DNA of 64,000 nucleotides from an uncultured Candidatus Saccharibacteria bacterium (GTDB lineage: Bacteria; Patescibacteriota; Minisyncoccia; Phycocordibacterales; CAIZLB01). The notes beneath the pieces are model-generated. The model saw only the letters and a program-made list of their open reading frames with translations. It had not been told where the DNA came from and did no database searches. Below are positions 60,903 through 64,000 of the stretch, one piece after another. The DNA lies in NCBI GenBank assembly GCA_964417855.1, contig CAYQJB010000001.1, forward strand, positions 294,709 through 358,708. The letters are read 5' to 3'. How positions within the stretch are numbered: position 1 is the first letter of the stretch; the number at the start of each line of letters is the position of its first letter. Both the position numbers and the translations under genes were made by a program.

Positions 60903-61598
60903 ATGTTAAAACTAAGTATAATTATGCCTGTATATAATGGTGAAAAGTACCTCAAAGAAGCTATTCAAAGTGTTTTAGACCAAACGTTCAAAGATTTTGA
61001 ATTTATCATCATAGATGATGGATCCACTGATGAGTCTGTAAAAATAGCTGAAAGCTTTCATGATCAAAGAATAAGTTTGATTAGGTTAAGTCATGGAGGA
61101 ATCGTAAAAGCTTTGAATGCTGGGATGAAGGCTGCACAAGGTGTTTACATTATCCGTGCAGATGCAGACGACATCTCGCTTCCAGAAAGATTCAAAATAC
61201 TTCTTGATTATATGGAAAATAATAAGGATGTATCTATTTGTGGGTCATGGGCAGATTCAATAAATAAGAAGGGGGAAGTGGTGGGTGGTATGGAATACCC
61301 ACCTGTTGAGAATAAAGGTATTAAAAAATACCTGCTACTTCATAATCCATTTATTCACCCATCAGTTATATTTAGAAAAAAAACTATAAGTGAGCTTGGG
61401 GGATACAAAAACTTTAAACATAATGAAGATTATGAGTTGTGGACACGAGTTCTACAGAAAAATATTGGGCATAATATTCCCCAAAAATTAATTAGATATA
61501 GGGTACATCCATGGCAGGTTACAAAAAACAACCTTTGGAAATTAAGGTCTGTGGGTGTACTCGTAAGATTGCTAGCGTTGAAGCGTTACTTTTTTTGA
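60903..61598 (+). CDS. glycosyltransferase family 2
   Basis: LSIIMPVYNGEKYL...DDGSTDES, DAD motif. Confidence 0.85.
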   Translation: MLKLSIIMPVYNGEKYLKEAIQSVLDQTFKDFEFIIIDDGSTDESVKIAESFHDQRISLIRLSHGGIVKALNAGMKAAQGVYIIRADADDISLPERFKILLDYMENNKDVSICGSWADSINKKGEVVGGMEYPPVENKGIKKYLLLHNPFIHPSVIFRKKTISELGGYKNFKHNEDYELWTRVLQKNIGHNIPQKLIRYRVHPWQVTKNNLWKLRSVGVLVRLLALKRYFF

Positions 61599-61601
61599 TT
61601 T

Positions 61602-62396
61602 CTATGTCCTATTCGATTTAATTACTTTTTTAATAAATGTCTTCAGAGAGTTTAATATAAGTTTTAATTCAGTTTTATTTCTAAATTTAGAATGTCCCCC
61701 TAGTGTTTTTTTATCTATTAACAATATTTTTGCTTCGAATGGTAAATTATTCTCACTGTAATATAGATAGGCCGGAGTTAGGATCTTCACAATATCTAAG
61801 TGATTATTAAGGTACCAGTTCCAGTGTGATTCATCGTGCCATTTTGCAATTATTTTGTTTTCTTTGTCCCTTTTTATATTAATATCTAGAATTTGTATTG
61901 TTTCAAGAAAAGGTTTTGCTAAGCCTCCATTTATTCCACCAGCAAAATAATATACACCCTGACTTTTATCTATATAAGCAGTAGATTTTGGGTTGCCTTC
62001 GTAAGTAAATTTACCTCTAGGTTTGTCGTAATAGCCTGGATGTAAGCATCCTACAAGTTTTTGGCCTTCAGCTGGAAGAATTTCTTCGGCGGATATTTTT
62101 TTGACAAAAATTAGGTTAGCGTTGAAAAAAAAGATGTAATCCATTTTCTCGAGCTCCTGATTGACCCTTAGGAATATACTATATCTCATGAGAGTATTAT
62201 CGGGCCACCCAAGATTGTTCTGGTATATTCTATGAATATTCTTGTTTGTTTTTTCAAAATCTATCTCAGGCGAATCTGTAAAAACAAAATAGTGTTTTTC
62301 TGCCTCTGTTACAAAATTTTCCTCGCAACTCAAATAAAAGTCTTTCCAAAAGATTGTATATTTACCTGTACAGACGTGGAGAATTGCAATTTTCAT
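61602..62396 (-). CDS. glycosyltransferase family 6 (bacterial NxN-type, ABO blood-group transferase homolog)
   Basis: HYFVFTD, LHPGYY...FTYE...AYI, YYFAGG, KWHDESHWNWYL, ILTPAYLY align with mammalian GTA/GTB catalytic core; FFFNANL (NxN instead of DxD) as in Bacteroides BoGT6a. Confidence 0.85.
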   Translation of the reverse strand: MKIAILHVCTGKYTIFWKDFYLSCEENFVTEAEKHYFVFTDSPEIDFEKTNKNIHRIYQNNLGWPDNTLMRYSIFLRVNQELEKMDYIFFFNANLIFVKKISAEEILPAEGQKLVGCLHPGYYDKPRGKFTYEGNPKSTAYIDKSQGVYYFAGGINGGLAKPFLETIQILDINIKRDKENKIIAKWHDESHWNWYLNNHLDIVKILTPAYLYYSENNLPFEAKILLIDKKTLGGHSKFRNKTELKLILNSLKTFIKKVIKSNRT

Positions 62397-63175
62397 TTCG
62401 ATATAGTTAATTTTAGTCTATACATCGTAAGTCTAAAATATTTATATAGTCCAAGGGCGCGATAATTAAAAGACTTCGTACCTTCTAGTCCGTATAAAAA
62501 TATATTCCAATAGAGCTTGATTAAATTTTTTAATGCAGTATGTGAAATTTGTTTAGAATGTATTCTATATAATGTTAGTGGTTCATTTATAAAAGTGAAT
62601 TTGTAGTTCAGTGATTTAAGTTTTAACCATAGCTTATAGTCTTCAACGGCAAAACTTTCAGTATACTCATCGAATAAGTATTTTGATACAACTTCTTTTC
62701 CTAATAAAACGGAGGAATTTATTATATAATTATTATCAATTAATCCACATAGAGATTCCTGAAAGTGGAAATCATCAAATGTTCTTTGTGTATTATTACT
62801 ATTGATTAGATATCTGCTTGTATAGACTAGGTCAGATTGAGTCTCTTTAATAATTTGAAGCTGACGTTCTATCTTATTTTTCTCCCACATATCATCAGCA
62901 TCTATAAAAGCAATGTATTCACCAGTTGATTTTTTAATTCCAAGATTTCGAGCCGAGGCAGGCCCTCCGTTTTGTTTTTTGAAGTACTTAATCTGATTGT
63001 TTTTTATATAATCCTTAAGTATGAGTTCTGTATTATCAGTTGAACCATCGTCTATTATCAGTATCTCGATTTTGGTATAGCTTTGGTTTAAGACAGATTC
63101 AATAGATTCACAAATATAACTCTCGGTGTTGTAACTTGGTATTATCACAGATACTAGATTCTGAATGATTTTCAT
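62393..63175 (-). CDS. glycosyltransferase family 2
   Basis: VSVIIPSYNTESYI...DDGSTDNT, DAD. Confidence 0.85.
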   Translation of the reverse strand: MKIIQNLVSVIIPSYNTESYICESIESVLNQSYTKIEILIIDDGSTDNTELILKDYIKNNQIKYFKKQNGGPASARNLGIKKSTGEYIAFIDADDMWEKNKIERQLQIIKETQSDLVYTSRYLINSNNTQRTFDDFHFQESLCGLIDNNYIINSSVLLGKEVVSKYLFDEYTESFAVEDYKLWLKLKSLNYKFTFINEPLTLYRIHSKQISHTALKNLIKLYWNIFLYGLEGTKSFNYRALGLYKYFRLTMYRLKLTISK

Positions 63176-63888
63176 TTTTTGGATATGAAAACAAGGTTTG
63201 TGTAATCGTGTTCAAAATGTGCGTTCTCTTTGAAAAAATTTGTAATACCTTTACCATCAATCCTAAATACAGAATAGTTTATTTTTTCAAAAAAACTAAG
63301 TATTTCATCATTTCTGTTGCTCCATAAGGAATTCACCCAAAATTCTACACTTATAATAGGCGTACAGGCAATAAGAGTAGCTCTCATTCCTATAAGAGCA
63401 TCTAGCTCCGCCCCCTCAACGTCTAGTTTAATGAAGTCAGGTCTAATTTTAGAGAACTTTAAATAATTATCTAAGACTATTCCATCAACTTGTATATTGA
63501 TTTTCGACTTTGGTTTTTCCGTATCTTTCCAATCTACATTTGGCAAAAACGAATTGTAGGCACTAAAACCCTGTCCGTAATCTGTGAAATCTAATTTTTC
63601 ATTTTTAGACCAAATAGCTTTTTGTTCGACAATGACGTTTTCCTTTTTTTCAGTATTTTCTTTAAGTATTTTGGTTGTACTTGGTGTAGGTTCAAAACAG
63701 TAAACTTTTCCGTTTCTACCGACTAGTTTTGATAATAATAATGAGTAATACCCATGATTTGCGCCAATATCTATAACAACCCATCCTTCTTGTACTGTCT
63801 GTATCATGTATCTTGTTAGATTCTCTTCTTCCCCCGGCACCATCCCCCAATGGAAAAGAGAGGCGTCTTCTGGAAGAACCATCTTCAT
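63172..63888 (-). CDS. FkbM-family methyltransferase
   Basis: VIDIGANHGYYSL SAM-binding motif, typical glycan-modifying methyltransferase. Confidence 0.8.
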   Translation of the reverse strand: MKMVLPEDASLFHWGMVPGEEENLTRYMIQTVQEGWVVIDIGANHGYYSLLLSKLVGRNGKVYCFEPTPSTTKILKENTEKKENVIVEQKAIWSKNEKLDFTDYGQGFSAYNSFLPNVDWKDTEKPKSKINIQVDGIVLDNYLKFSKIRPDFIKLDVEGAELDALIGMRATLIACTPIISVEFWVNSLWSNRNDEILSFFEKINYSVFRIDGKGITNFFKENAHFEHDYTNLVFISKK

Positions 63889-64000
63889 CTTGTCACCCCA
63901 AAAAGTTTTCTCAGAAACAAAAAAAGGTTTATTTGCGAAAAGTAAATTGTAAAATTTAGAGATGAGGACTTTGTATATAACATAAAAAGGCCGAGATATA

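Overview
This is a low-GC (~35%) bacterial window that looks like a reduced CPR/Patescibacteria-type genome. Supporting this: genes are short and tightly packed on a single strand; 23S-5S and 16S-tRNA-Ile lie in separate transcription units with 23S upstream of 16S; the 23S carries two ORF-less group I-like introns; almost no gene has a Shine-Dalgarno sequence and the 16S 3' tail lacks CCUCC; several genes encode giant surface proteins, type IV pilins and glycan-synthesis enzymes. Housekeeping genes identified: rplJ-rplL, RodA/FtsW, secD, secF, secA, pyk, rsmI, radC-like, obg, gatB, gap, rpiB, an rpe-like gene, and a split transketolase whose halves are 2.1 kb apart. Accessory content: an HTH-MurA fusion; a DinJ/YafQ toxin-antitoxin pair; a VirD4/TraG-like ATPase with an SR-rich tail; two NYN nucleases; a GT11 fucosyltransferase plus a Wzy_C-TPR protein; a GT4/GT2/GT6/GT2/FkbM glycan cluster; and a GC-richer island at 55.4-59.3 kb carrying a PEP-CTERM protein, a second pilin, a solitary MazF-like toxin and a phage-remnant fragment. 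No CRISPR array was seen. All coordinates are approximate to a few nt where no ORF boundary fixes them.
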